Notes under the pieces: model-generated
The model's input: only the letters and a program-made list of their open reading frames with translations
The model's database searches: none
What the model was told of the DNA's origin: nothing
Shown: positions 14,336 through 28,100 of the stretch, one piece after another
How the letters are laid out: every line of letters begins with the position of its first letter
Position numbering within the stretch: position 1 is the stretch's first letter
From: Hormiphora californensis
Taxonomy: Eukaryota; Animalia; Ctenophora
DNA length: 64,000 nucleotides
Assembly: GCA_020137815.1 (NCBI GenBank)
Contig: CM035355.1
Coordinates: forward strand, 2,914,001 to 2,978,000
Direction of reading: 5' to 3'
Position numbers and translations under genes: made by a program

Positions 14336-14743
14336 TCCCATCTCTCTCTATCATCATGACCTACTGTAACTGTCCCTCTCTCTGATCCCCTCCGTCTTGT
14401 TGTCGCACTATGATCATGCTATCTGACCTTCTCTAGTTGTTACCCTTTGAGTGATACCTCTCAAGCCAAATTGCGATCTGAAGGCACGCCTTCAACATAG
14501 CATCTACTATAAAAAGTAAAGAGCAGTTGTAGTTAGAATTTCGAATTATCGTGAGAAGTTGAGCTGCTATTGGGATAGCGATTCAGACTGTTCGGGTCGA
14601 CAAGATCTTGTTCTTTCAAGAACGCTATTTTGAGTCCCTTCCTCTCAGTTGCATTTTGTCCATCAATGCAATGCTGCAGGTCACACCCAACTTGCATTTT
14701 GTCTTTGTGGGTGAAAGATACCCAGGAGGGGAGGGGCCGGGGG

Positions 14744-14776
<33 letters not shown>

Positions 14777-17700
14777 ACGTGATATTTCCTTGATATCCTA
14801 TTCAAATCCAGCGAGTGCATAATTTTGATTTTTTATACTTTCTCTGGCTATTTCTGCCATAGAGCACCTCAGCACATACAAGCTCAGTGAATTCTGTTTG
14901 CCTTGCTCATTGCTCAACCCTCTCTCACTGCACCGTACGAAGGAGGGTTAGACTTAGAACACAACAAGAATTACGTATTGTTAGGTTCAAACTTCAATAG
15001 ACTCCTTTTACATAGAAACTACGACCAAGAAATTCCAGGTGGAAATGTGTATGACGAACTGTTAAAATAATAGAAAACCCTGCTGCTCTAAGATATTTAG
15101 ACCAGTCTAAATCTGTATCTCACATTGCACTGCAATTTGCAGCTGCAGTGAGATGTGTAACAATGAATGAATAATTTCTCCACCCTCTATTCAATTCATG
15201 CAGCTCACTCACTCAGATCAGGGCTTTCCTTCTTTTGCGCATTTGTTGGCATTGGGGTCATGTGTCATGGTTACAACGTGTTACATGAACTAGGATGAGA
15301 GAGGGAGTGACACGATTGTGATAGAGAGAGTGTATGATAGAGAGTGATAGCGTAACTAGGGGGAGAGATGACGGAAGAAAGAGGAATTATGCTATACGTC
15401 TGGATGATCTATAGCTATAGTGTCAGTGGGACATAGTAGTTTTAGGTAAGAGCTAAAACAAGCCTCCACGCAACATAGCTACCTGAAAATCTTCAACGTG
15501 GCATTTTTCTAGCTCAGATAATATTACTCCGTCCACATCTATTGTGTTTCTTCGCATTGGCCCACGAGGCGCTTGCCAGCGCTAGAATTTGACCCTTGAG
15601 ATTTTCAGAATTGGCATACAACTCTGTCGCTATGATTATAAAACGTGTCTATCTTTGAGTTTTTCATTGCAGTACCCGACCCAATTCTAAATCCTGCAAG
15701 AAGGCATAGCTTTGGACTCCAAAGTTTGGAGGGTTGTAAACTGAGAATCGAAGGAGAGATTTAGCCACTCTATACTGACACCATAATTTGTCCTGTGTTA
15801 TAATTTGTCGCAGTCATGTTTCCTATCAATGCTGATATTTTACATCTTTGTAAGGGAGGGTGGGGGCATCAATAATTTCATTATCCAGATCAGTTAATAT
15901 AATAACAATAATATAATAATCTTTATTTTTATTTTGTTTTTCTTCTTTCAATCATTCACGTGCCTCACCCTCATTTTTCTTCATAGCGATATATAGTTCC
16001 CCCTCCCACCTCTCCCTCCCTAGTCCGCTTTCGATTCCATCTCTCTGCCCAGTAATAATATATTAATACCATTCCCTGCAGTATATGATATCCCTCCCTC
16101 ACTTCCTCACCTTTGTAATTGGGTCTAGTACTGCTGCAGTAGCCCGGATATCTTGCGAGGATCTATTATGTAAGATCGCGATATGATCTCTATACTTGTA
16201 GCATGGGATCTATAATAACTCCTACAGAGTATACAGCTCATTTTACTCAATCTTTTCGCCTCCAAGGACCGGAATATAACGCTTTGGAGTTGCTTTGATG
16301 TTGCTAATAATAATCACTGACTACAGCTGCACTTGTACCAAGTGTTCCTTTTTGTAATTCAACTATTATAGAAACTGAAACTACAGTACTATCGCTCTAC
16401 AATAGTTTCCCTACTTCGACAGCATCAATTGCTCCGGCCATGTCATGACTCCTGATCTCTCTGCACAGCCCCTCCCCCTCAACAACAATTCCCCTCGCGT
16501 CATGATCCCATTGTCCTGCAGCAGCAGGCTCTCCCCCTCGGGCACCCTTCTCTTATAGCAGGAGATCGTTATCGATTTAATATTTACTGCAGAGAAGTAG
16601 TGTCAATATTTTATCCAGCAATTCTCCTCTCTCTTTACAGTTACAAACTCGGCTAACTCAGTTTGGATCCCTTATATCCGTTATTGAAGCCAATATTTGT
16701 TTCCTTATTGCTGGATCTAGGAAATGCAATACATACCTATACTGCCGGAAGTTTCAATTCTTCATCTGGCTGCAGTACTTTGACAACGTATAACTGCTTT
16801 GTTATGTTTTCTTTGTTACGCTCAGAGTAAACGCACTCTTTATTTAACGGGATGCGAGCAGTTCAATGCCTTCCCCGCAGTCATTATTTTATTGACTGTT
16901 AGGATTCCCCTAAGCTACGAAAGTACGGCTTAATATCCAGTCGTGAATTCAGTCAAATTCCACTGCTACTGCAGCATATAATGCGAAAACTACGGCATTC
17001 GCATATGTGCCGCAAACTTTTGCAAGCCATACACATGACATGATCAAAAGAAAATCAGTGAGTCACCAAGCAGGGGGAGACAGGAGCTGCTGAGACATGA
17101 AATTGTAGACAACTTTATATTTCGGCCGCCTTATGGTGGTGGGAAGGAAACCTGCAAGAATCAGAGCTAGTCTGCAGTTTCCTCGACGTATACATAACTA
17201 TTTCACTATATTTCAGACTGGCTCAGAATCTTGCAGCCTCGGAAAAAAGTCTGCCACCCTTTTATCGTACCTCGTTCTTAGTATGACTGCTTATAATAGC
17301 TTGCTCGTATCATGCTACTGGGTACCTATCAGTATCAAGTATAGCTCGAGTAGTACGTGAAAATAGCAACTCCTGCTTACAATGGGTTAGGTATTCGTTC
17401 CAACCCATCTGAGCGGGTCGTCAACCCCTTATTCAATAATCAGGATCGCGGTCTAAATTTTGGAAAGACAATAAAGCGACACGCGTTGCCATGGAAACAT
17501 TATGGCATCCCCCAAATCATATATTGAGCTTCATAGGTGTGGTAGCTGTGAAGTAAGATACCTTTTAGATCTCGTTATCTTAGAAGTTGTACATGAGATA
17601 AGTAAAATTAACTGTTATCCAGATGCGAAACCTAACTAATTTGTCACTCCCAGCTAGAGTGAGAGAGACAGACATCAGAGAAAACTAAATAGATAGATAG

Positions 17701-18829
17701 ATAGAGAGATGGAGTGAGAGAGAGAGAACGTTAGATGGAAAGAGTTCTAGATCTGCAAGTAGGACATCTGTCAGATACATGTGTACGGATTCTCAGGGCG
17801 TGATTCGAACTCAGCTAGCTATAACTTACTCGGTCAAAATCTCACGCACAGCAGTACGCAACTATACTACTACTGCAGTAGTAGCTATTTGTTATGTTCT
17901 AACCCTCCCTTTACATTTGTAACACAGTCTGGCCAGGCAAGTAGCTATATACGTTACTTCCAAAGCGAAAGTCACTGGATTTGCATTCACTATGTTTTTG
18001 CCCCGATTTGCTGAAGGTGTACCGTTCTTTCAGTGATTTCTGATTATAGGGGGTCCATGCCAAGCTTTGTTGTCATGATCTCCTCTTACAAATGCTGTAG
18101 TGATAACTTTCTGGTGATTATTGCGCAGGTATCAAGGAACAGCTCCTGCACCTCAGACCAGATACTGCATTTATACCCAGGCCGGTCTATTCAGTATTCA
18201 GGGGCCCTATAATAGTATCAAGGGTGGAGATCAGTGCCGCAGCTCCACCCTTCTGTCACATAATAATATGATAGGAGCTAACCGGGATTATGCAGTTTCA
18301 CACTACCCAGCTCCTGCAAGTCACATACTGGAGCGAGAGAGAGAGATGCACTTGTGCAAATCTGTATTTGTGCAAATTTGAATGGGTATAACATGTTGTT
18401 GTTTGAATTATAAAACTCTGCTTTGATATAACTTGTTTTAGTAATTGCTGAAAGTTTTACAATAATTACAGAATCTCTTTTTCAAGTGATTTGGGGGCAC
18501 CTACCCTAGTCAGAATTAAATACGTATTTTTTGCGCAAATAAGTATTTAAATAGCGCGTAAATACGCTATAAATACGTATTTAATACGTATTTTTTGCTA
18601 ATAAATAAGAACGCGCTTGTTAAGCCGCGCATTTTGGCCGATTTGTCGTCCAAAGCTGAGCCTGAAAGTCGCGTTGGATGCACGGCAACGGTTACCACAA
18701 TGCTAGGAAGCAGATTTACCGCATTGTGACTCCAATTTCCATTTGTATTTGATCAATCTCCAGCCGACTGGCACATCTTGTTTTTGTAACATCTCTTTTG
18801 TAACATCGTCCTTGACCGATTTAAAACAA

Positions 18830-19950
18830 CTCACCTTCCCTTTCCAGCCGTATCGCCAATTGCTACCCCCTTTCCCGTGCTGTAAACCTTCTATAAAACA
18901 TCTCACCTTCCCTTTCTAGCACTATCGCCAATTGCTACCCCCTTTCCCGTGCTGTAAACCTTCTATGAAACATCTCACCTTCCCTTTCCAGCCCTATCGC
19001 CAATTGCTACCCCCTTTCCCGTGCTGTAAACCTTCTATAAAACATCTCACCTTCCCTGTCCAGCCCTATCACCAATTGCTACCCCCTTTCCCGTGCCGTA
19101 AACCTTCTATAAAACATCTCACGTTCCCTTTCCAGCCCTATCGCCAATTGCTACCCCCTTTCCCGTGCTGTAAACCTTCTGTAAAACATCTCACCTTCCC
19201 TTTCTAGCACTATCGCCAATTGCTACCCCCTTTCCCGTGCTGTAAACCTTCTATAAAACATCTCACCTTCCCTTTCTAGCACTATCGCCAATTGCTAATC
19301 CCTTTCCCGTGCTTTAAATCATTTATTGCTTGCTACTTGTGCCAATTTGTATTGTTACATCCCTTTTGGTTCGTGGTAGCAGGGGAACCAAGGGCTCTAA
19401 CTCGTGGTTCAGACCAATTTGTATTGTTACAGCCCTTTTGGGTCGTGGTAGCAGGGGAACCAAGGGCTCTAACTCGTGGTTCAGACCAATTTGTATTGTT
19501 ACATCCCTTTTGGGTCGTGGTAGCAGGGGAACCAAGGGCTCTAACTCGTGGTTCAGACCAATTTGTATTGTTACAAGGGTTTTAGGGTCGTGGTAGCAGG
19601 GGAACCAAGGGTTCTAACACTTGGTTCAGACCAATTTGTATTGTTACATCCCTTTTAGGTCGTGGTAGCAGGGGAACCAAGGGTTTTATAGAAGGTTTAC
19701 AGCACGGGAAAGGGAGTAGCAATTGGCGATAGGGCTAGAAAGGGAAGGTGAGATGTTTCACAGAAGGTTTACAGCACAGGAAAGGGGGTAGCAATTGGCG
19801 ATAGGGCTGGAAAGGGAACGTGAGATGTTTTATAGAAGGTTTACAGCACGGGAAAGGGGGTAGCAATTGGCGATAGGGCTGGAAAGGGAAGGTGAGATGT
19901 TTCACAGAAGGTTTACAGCACAGGAAAGGGAGTAGCAATTGGCGATAGGA
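18830..19950. repeat. 72-bp tandem arrays: unit A forward (18830-19320), unit B (19340-19685), unit A reverse (19685-19950)
   Basis: 24-aa periodic ORFs KHLTFPFQPYRQLLPPFPCCKPSI (A) and DQFVLLHPFWVVVAGEPRALTRGS (B). Confidence 0.9.
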
Positions 19951-20001
19951 CATTTTACGTCTCACCTTCCCTTTCTAGCCCTGATCTCGCCAATTGCCAA
20001 G

Positions 20002-20936
20002 ATGGCAAGCAATTCGCTTTCCCATAAAGCGGTATTTGTAAAGACTTGGGCGATCAAATGGAACCTCACAACAAATTGCTTGGACGAACTCCTCTCATTT
20101 CTGGCGACTGACCAGGAGCTGAACGACTGGCCTTCTATCGGATCTGCGTTTAAACTGAACAAGTGAGCTCAGGCGTAGTTGACTTCTGAAGTTTTGTCGG
20201 AAAATTTACTCAAAACGTTTTCGTAATGCTTGTCATTAGGTTTCCAAATTTTGTCAGGGTTGTTGAAGAAGAGGTTGAAACGGTGCCAGCGATAAGATAT
20301 TCTTTTTGCGCTAGTTGTTTTGAGACAATGCAGTTCATCAACAATAAGTGCAAGAACAAGTGCAAGAATATCAGTTGCGATGATTTCAACAGGGACCACC
20401 ATGAAGAGTGTACTTTCGTTCAGTCATCGGTGGCAGATCAGTTGACAAGATTGCTTGAATGTCCATCTATCCGCGACAAAATCATAGCTTATCAGGAAAA
20501 GATGGACGACGTGCCTCAAGGTTATATTGTTGATGTTCAGCAAAGCACGAGATATAAGGAACTTAAAGATCAATTCAAGTCGAGGTCCCCAATTCCATTG
20601 CTGTCGTTAGGTTTTAATGTGGATGGGGTGAGCAGCTTCAATTCTGCCAAGATATCCGTTATTCCGGCTCTTCTTTGTGTTTACGAGCTCCCCCCTGAAA
20701 TCAGAACGATTTTAATTCTCTGTGTTTTTGTATATATCCAGAAATCGATAAAATTCTGTGATAAAACTTTGGCTTTGGTTGTGGACGAACTAAACGACCT
20801 AGCTGAGAAAGGTTTAAACTGGAAATACAATGGGGTGACCGTCAATACGCGTGTTGTGGTTCTGGGATTTTCACTAGATGCCCCGATGAAAGCATCATTG
20901 TTATGTATGAACATTAAATCAAAACATGCAAGGTAA
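20002..20936 (+). pseudogene. CACTA/EnSpm transposase, interrupted and truncated
   Basis: LSLGFNVDGVSSFNSAKISVIPALLCVYELPPEIR and LVVDELNDLAEKG...LDAPMKA are typical Transposase_21 blocks. The N-terminal piece (20002-20166) is separated by a stop and a frame change. Confidence 0.75.
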
Positions 20937-21229
20937 TGCACCATACTACATGACACACATGCGACACAAATTTCCTCAGATTTCACTAAACGAAGTGTAT
21001 GTTTCAGTTAACCGGTGATAAGGTGTCTGACGGACTGCTGTTCTCATTATTCGAGACCATAAACACGAAAACGATAAATGTGATTTTGAAATGTGGATTG
21101 AATGTGATTTTTCAGGGGTGACAGAACAATTAGCTGTGTCAAAATTTAAATCCATGTTTTTATTTTTGAATATTCGTAAACATTGACTATTGTTCAGCTG
21201 TAACAATACAAATTGGTCTGAACCACGTG

Positions 21230-22370
21230 TTAGAAAGGGAAGGTGAGATGTTTCACAGAAGGTTTACAGCACGGGAAAGGGGGTAGCAATTGGCGATAGG
21301 GCTGGAAAGGGAAGGTGAGATGTTTCACAGAAGGTTTACAGCACGGGAAAGGGAGTAGCAATTGGCGATAGGGCTGGAAAGGGAAGGTGAGATGTTTTAC
21401 AGAAGGTTTACAGCACGGGAAAGGGAGTAGCAATTGGCGATATGGCTGGAAAGGGAAGGTGAGATGTTTTATAGAAGGTTTACAGCACGGGAAAGGGGGT
21501 AGCAATTGGCGATAGGGCTGGAAAGGGAAGGTGAGATGTTTCACAGAAGATTTACAGCACGGGAAAGGGGGTAGCAATTGGCGATAGGGCTGGAAAGGGA
21601 AGGTGAGATGTTTCACAGAAGGTTTACAGCACGGGAAAGGGTTCTAACACTTGGTTCAGACCAATTTGTATTGTTACAAGGGTTTTTGGGTCGTGGTAGC
21701 AGGGGAACCAAGGGCTCTAACTCGTGGTTCAGACCAATTTGTATTGTTACAGCCCTTTTGGGTCGTGGTAGCAGGGGAACCAAGGGCTCTAACTCGTGGT
21801 TCAGACCAATTTGTATTGTTACATCCCTTTTGGGTCGTGGTAGCAGGGGAACCAAGGGTTCTAACACTTGGTTCAGACCAATTTGTATTGTTACAAGGGT
21901 TTTTGGGTCGTGGTAGCAGGGGAACCAAGGGTTCTAACTCTTGGTTCAGACCAATTTGTATTGTTACATCCCTTTTAGGTCGTGGTAGCAGGGGAACCAA
22001 GGGTTTTATAGAAGGTTTACAGCACGGGAAAGAGAGTAGCAATTGGCGATAGGGCTAGAAAGGGAAGGTGAGATGTTTTACAGAAGGTTTACGGCACGGG
22101 AAAGGGGGTAGCAATTGGCGATAGGGCTGGAAAGGGAACGTGAGATGTTTTATAGAAGGTTTACAGCACGGGAAAGGGGGTAGCAATTGGCGATAGGGCT
22201 GGAAAGGGAAGGTGAGATGTTTTATAGAAGGTTTACAGCACGGGAAAGGGAGTAGCAATTGGCGATAGGGCTAGAAAGGGAAGGTGAGATGTTTCACAGA
22301 AGGTTTACAGCACGGGAAAGGGGGTAGCAATTGGCGATAGGGCTGGAAAGGGAAGGTGAGACGTTTTACG
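21230..22370. repeat. 72-bp tandem arrays: A reverse (21230-21640), B (21640-22005), A reverse (22005-22370)
   Basis: Same units as the left arrays. Confidence 0.9.
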
Positions 22371-23761
22371 CGACGTAAGGCGCTCAAGCATGCAATCTGG
22401 GCATAAAACTCACCGCTAGTATTGTCAGCACGAGCAAAATGCGCGGCTTTTACTTATTTATTAGCAAAAAATACGTATTAAATACGTATTTATAGCGTAT
22501 TTACGCGCTATTTAAATACGTATTGCGCAATATCAATCGAAGTGTTAAATTTCCTGACTAGTATTGAGCTTCCATGTCCAGTATACTGCAACTGTATAAT
22601 ATAGGTTCGTAACGGGCTAAATGGGGAACCTCAATAGAATTGAACAGAAATCTGTTTTGTATTTATAGTTATGTGGCGTATAATTACAATGGGGCTCTGT
22701 GCGCGCAATAAGCTGCGAGTCTGCATATTATCTGGAATTAGGGTGTATTGATATTGATTCCTTCCAGTTATGTATTGCAGCCTGTTATTTATAGCTTCCA
22801 AACGGATAAATCGTAGTTTGAATTCCCTTTCAATAGATTTAAAAATGAGTATTTATTAGCTAGCGTTGTATCGAACCATTCACAGGAGGTTAGTGTGAGC
22901 TACAACGGTGCAGACCTAATGCTCTCGCACAATGTAGAATTAGTGTTCAGGACTGGATATCGGCTATTGGATAGATCCGCAATCTCACATCACACGTATT
23001 CAGAATATCACCGTGTAGGGCATTAAGTAAGTTACACAAGGGGTATTGTGAATTCCAAATTAGTAGGTGTATCAATGTTACAATTGGCCTGCTTGTCTAC
23101 GAACATGGTCAGAGCGGTTCTGAAGTACAAAAAGCTGTCGTACTGACACATAATTCTCTCCCCAGTGTTGGAAGGATTTACAGCCTAGTAGCCCCCAGAC
23201 GTTTATACTGAGGATCCGGATAACACCCCATACGAGTCGTATTAAGATGTCACCGTACTATGGGGCACTGAAATTGTTGACAGGGTTTTGTGAATTCCAA
23301 ATTTAGTGGTGTATCAATGCAGACATTGCCTGACCCATATCCCGGAGAACAGCTTTCAATGTCTGCGATTATCCATATAGTTTATTTGCCAAATAATCTT
23401 CACCATTTTTCGAGGCCGTTCTAAGAAAGTTTACATTTGACGTCCCCGAAATTATCACATGAGGTTCTAACCTCGACAAATCTCGATGACACTCGATTGT
23501 GCGCACGTGATCCCAACTATGGTGCAGACATGTTGATGGAGCAGTATGATCATATTCAGATCCGGCATGTTCTAAAATCGGGCAATCAGTGTTAATTCCT
23601 ATTGAGTTATAAAACACTGATTTGCTAAATATGAAACTTGTTCTTGCAATTGCTGAAAGTTATAGAATTACAGAATATGGTTTTCAATACAGAATATGGT
23701 TTTCAAGTGATCCATTACTGCAGCTGTATTATAGGTGTTGCTAAATCGGTAGAGAACCCTC

Positions 23762-24755
23762 AATAACGAACCATAATAAAGTTCAAGAGCCTCCAAGAGC
23801 GCACCCAATCCAAGAGAGACCAAAATCAAGAGCGCACCACAATCAAGAGAGACCAAAATCAAGAGCACACCAAAATCAAGAGCACACCACAATCAAGAGA
23901 GAGCAAATCAAGAGCGCACCACAATCAAGAGAGGCCAAATTCAAGAGCGCACCACATCTGGTATCTTCTGGATAGGGAGCTCTCTTAATAAGGAACCATA
24001 ATAAAGTTCAAGAGCCTCCAAGAGCACCCAAGAGCGCACCCGATCGACGCGAAGAGAGACCACACCTGAGAGCGCACCACACCCAAAAGAGACCACATCC
24101 AAGAGCGCACCACCTCCAGAAGACACCACTTCAAGAGCACACCACATCAAAGAGAGCTCCCCATCCAGAAGATACCACGCGCAGGGGACACCACGCGCAG
24201 AAGAGACCAGCGCGGCGTTGTATTTGCGCGTGCGGTCTCTTCTGCGCGTGGTGTCCCCTGCGCGCGGTATCTTCTGGATGGGGAGCTCTCTTTGATGTGG
24301 TGCGCTCTTGGAGTGGTGTCTTTTGGAGGTGGTGCGCTCTTGGATGGGGTGCGCTCTTGAACTTTATTATGGTTCCTTATTGTGGTGCGCTCTTGATTTG
24401 GTCTCTCTTGATTGTGGTGTGCTCTTGATTTGGTCTCTCTTGATTGTGGTGTGCTCTTGTTTTTGGTCTCTCTTGATTGTGGTGTGCTCTTGATTTGGTC
24501 TCTCTTGATTGTGGTGTGCTCTTGATTTTGGTCTCTCTTGATTGTGGTGTGCTCTTGATTTTGGTCTCTCTTGATTGTGGTGTGCTCTTGATTTGGTCTC
24601 TCTTGATTGTGGTGTGCTCTTGATTTTGGTCTCTCTTGATTGTGGTGTGCTCTTGATTTTGGTCTCTCTTGATTGTGGTGCGCTCTTGATTTTGGTCTCT
24701 CTTGGATGGGGTGCGCTCTTGGAGGCGCTTGAACTTTATTATGGTTCCTTATAGC
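23762..24755. mobile_element. Foldback-type element with arms made of about 31-bp subrepeats
   Basis: gaaccataataaagttcaag at the left end and cttgaactttattatggttc at the right end. Arms of (aatcaagagcacaccacaatcaagagagacca)n mirrored around a centre near 24215. Confidence 0.8.
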
Positions 24756-25152
24756 GATTGAGGACATGATAATCTTGTTTGTATTTGATGTTGTTGCCTA
24801 TAATATTACATTTAGGGCTCTGTGCAGGCTGCAAATATAGCTGCACAGAGCTCCTGCTCGCATTCCATTTAGTCTCTTCTGGAATTCCGGGCTTTGTACT
24901 GATTCTTGATATATGTCACGTACAACTACAACTGTATCCTCATTGACGTTAGGTTATAGCTGCCCAGCAACGGGAAAACTAACTGTTCATGTTTTTGCAT
25001 TCGAACTATTCAAGTGGCTGTTTTAAAATGTCTTATTGTCTTCACAATTAGCTGCCGTGTCTTGATCTACCGAACCATGATCACAGAGCGGTGTGAGCTA
25101 CACAACCCCTGCCGTACCTAACCCAGCTATTCTCTCCCACAAGTGTTAGAAG

Positions 25153-28100
25153 ATGTTACAGGCCCTGCTAGCCACCCTTATCTTGGCTATCACCGAGGCA
25201 GTCCCTGATCCCACATCCCCCATCATCACCATCAGTATTCAGAACATCACTGTCAGTTATGGGGCACGTGTCAAAGTAAGTTTAGTTTTAAGTAGTCTGA
25301 TATCCAATGTCAGAGCATTGGCCTGACCCTATTCTCCCGCGAGAACAGCTTGGTCAGACTTAGAGCAGTGGTCTGACAGATTATTCAAAATATGAGCTGT
25401 GTATTTTGACAAATAAGTTCCTCTCCCACGCAGTTGTTTTGCGAAGCGGCCGGATTTCCTAAGCCTAAAGTGAGAATTATGAAACGTCCCCCGAAACAGT
25501 TTATACACAATGAGGTGGATTTCACGCGAGTAACAACCCCCCTCGAGGTACGTATTAATGTAATTGTTCTAACCTTGGTGACATATAGACACCTGGCGCG
25601 ACCTGAGCTCAATCTTGGTCGCGCACGGTGTCTATGCCACCAAGTTCTAACCCTCTTTTACGGTGTGATAGGGTCAAGCAAGACAATGTTCATCCTGCAT
25701 TTCCAAAAAAAAACGGAGAGCAGTCATGCTTTCAAAAATGAATAGCATGAATATTGAATCATCCCTATATTCATTTTGAGACTTTCTATTGTCATTCCAA
25801 TTATCCATTGCATCTTTCTGGCTTCATCTATGAGTCGCAGCTGGAGCATGTTATCTTTGTCGCTGAGCTCACTTGTTTCTAAAAACATAGCTTAATTCTA
25901 CAATATCAGACTAGATATAGAGTCATATTGCAGAATCATAGTTTCATCATTTCCTATGGGGGTTTTAACCACTCACCACCCTCCTCAGACTAACTCGGAT
26001 GTGGCAGTGATCTCCAATATGCGGGACAGTGACGAGGGATGGTATTATTGCAGAGCCAGAAACTCACAGGGAATTCAGGTAACCATGGTAACCCATGACA
26101 ACATCCAGCTCCATGATAACGAGCTTTTGATCCATATAACTTCAAATAAAACCATATTCCCCTCTTCAGATGTCACGAGCGTATATCGGGATCAAAGATA
26201 AGTGTGCCTCATTTCGGTGTCCTAATGGGAGGGTCTGTGAGATTGATGAGAACACTATGCAACCAATGTGCAGGTAATTGAACAGAAACTGACAGATAGA
26301 CAGACAGATAGACAGACATACAGACAAACTGACATACAGACAGACAGATAGACAGATAAACTGACATACAGACTGACAGAGACTTATTGTCACGTCCCCA
26401 CCCATCGCCATTCATTGCAGTAGGTGCTTCAACTCATTCGTCTTGTTCCTCATAACCCTATCTCTCTCACTCCTAAATGATTCATGTTATCCACACCTCT
26501 ACTGATTGATGATAAATAATCAATTGAATCGAGGAGCGGTGACGCTGGTTCAAAGAGAAATATAGGAGGAGAGGAGAAGAGGACAATTTATTTTTTATTT
26601 TGTTCAAGGATTCAAAGGAAAGGATCATACGTCCTCGGGCCTGGTAGCACCTAGCATCCTTCAATCTCGAGGGAAGAGGAAACGCTAAAGGATTGCCATT
26701 TCTCATACTTCATGACATCCAAAAATAGACTTTATAGAATTCTTCATCAGTCTTCACACGGTGAAGAGATCTGTGCAACTGACACTGCACGAATCAAGAG
26801 TGTAAGTATATGAAATGACATATGCAGTCATGTGATCTGCAATCAATGGCAGGAAAAAATAACCTCAGTCTTGATCATCTCTTCAAAAATAGACTGAATT
26901 TACCAGCATTATGCTATATAGAGACTCATATTAAGAATCACAACAGTTTCATACAAGTATGACATATTTCAGTAGGCTTCCTTCTTCAAATTTCTGAGAA
27001 CACCCTGCTTCTCATTTATTATATCTCTAAATCTTCTCCATCTCCACCTCTGTTCTATCACAGTGTTCTTTATCCTCTTGGTGACATCGCGCCAGGTGTC
27101 TATGTCACCAATTTATCGTCCAGGTGTCCGACAAGGCAGTGCATTAACATGGCCATACAACCGGTGTGTGGTACCGACTGCAACACATACTTCAGCTCCT
27201 GCTACCTAGAGGTATGAGAAATAATATCTGGAAAACTTTTAAAACTTGTTTGTAATGCCGCTTCTGCAGGTGGAACATTACTAGTACTGCAGCTGTCTGC
27301 AGTAGCAAACATAAACCCCACCCTAACGCCTGCTAACATAAAGTTTAAAACTTGGAGTATTAACTCTAGTAGCAGAGCTAGAGAAGCAAAGTTTGTTACA
27401 AGATTCGATTACAGAAGGCGTTATCAAAACATGAACCTTGTTTAGTTTTTCTAACTAAACAGAGCCCATCCCTTATCAAAATATGAACCTTGTTTAGTGG
27501 TCTTGCAAGCTATGTAAGAGCCAAGAGGGCTGGGGCCGCGCGAAAAAAGATAATCGACCTTTTGAAACTAGATATATAAAAGCTTGAATAGAGTTGGAGT
27601 GTCACAAAGCGATTAGTCACTATCATTGATCATTTTACCTTTCCAACATATTGACAGTTCATCAAGGACTATAAATATATCCATCTTTCTCTCTTTCTTT
27701 CCCTAGTCTTACCCGATAATCACAAATGACCAGCAATAACTCAACTAGGTCACCACCCAAAATTAACATTGCGAATTTTCAACAATGAAAATTCCCCGAT
27801 CACGCTTACTCATTACTCAAACCCTTTTTTCCTCTTCTCCCCATCTTCATACATTTCTCTCTCTTCAGCTCCCTGCAGGCCCCTTTCCCCATCTTCATTT
27901 TCCTCTCCCTCCAGGCTCAGAGGTGTGAAACTGGACAGAACCTGACTGTGGCCCACCTTGGACCCTGTACGAGACCGCATCCACCCAAAGTGGACTACTG
28001 GTGAGTTTACCTGGATTCTAAAACCAATGTTTTTGTAGTTAGTGCGTTAGGTGATCATTGTCCAAATAAGTATTTTAAGGTGGGTGATGGTGGGAGTGTT

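Larger units (their letters stand above)
18504..22563 (+). mobile_element. CACTA/EnSpm (CMC) DNA transposon, defective, with 72-bp subterminal arrays
   Basis: Ends ccctagtcag...ctgactagta. About 100-bp imperfect inverted terminal blocks (18530-18640 vs 22435-22530). Internal Transposase_21-like coding sequence. Confidence 0.8.

Noticed and set aside
13700-18400. Long region with frequent CTGCAG/TGCAG words; possible hidden exons or enhancer cluster
   Set aside because: I could not build a phase-consistent exon chain or recognise a domain, and enrichment cannot be established without counting against background.
18932-22258. Repetitive Cys/Pro-rich ORFs (KHLTFPFQPYRQLLPPFPCCKPS) as a metal-binding protein
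   Set aside because: Translations of 72-bp transposon subterminal repeats present on both strands.
24147-24767. 206-aa ORF
   Set aside because: Read-through of foldback subrepeats.
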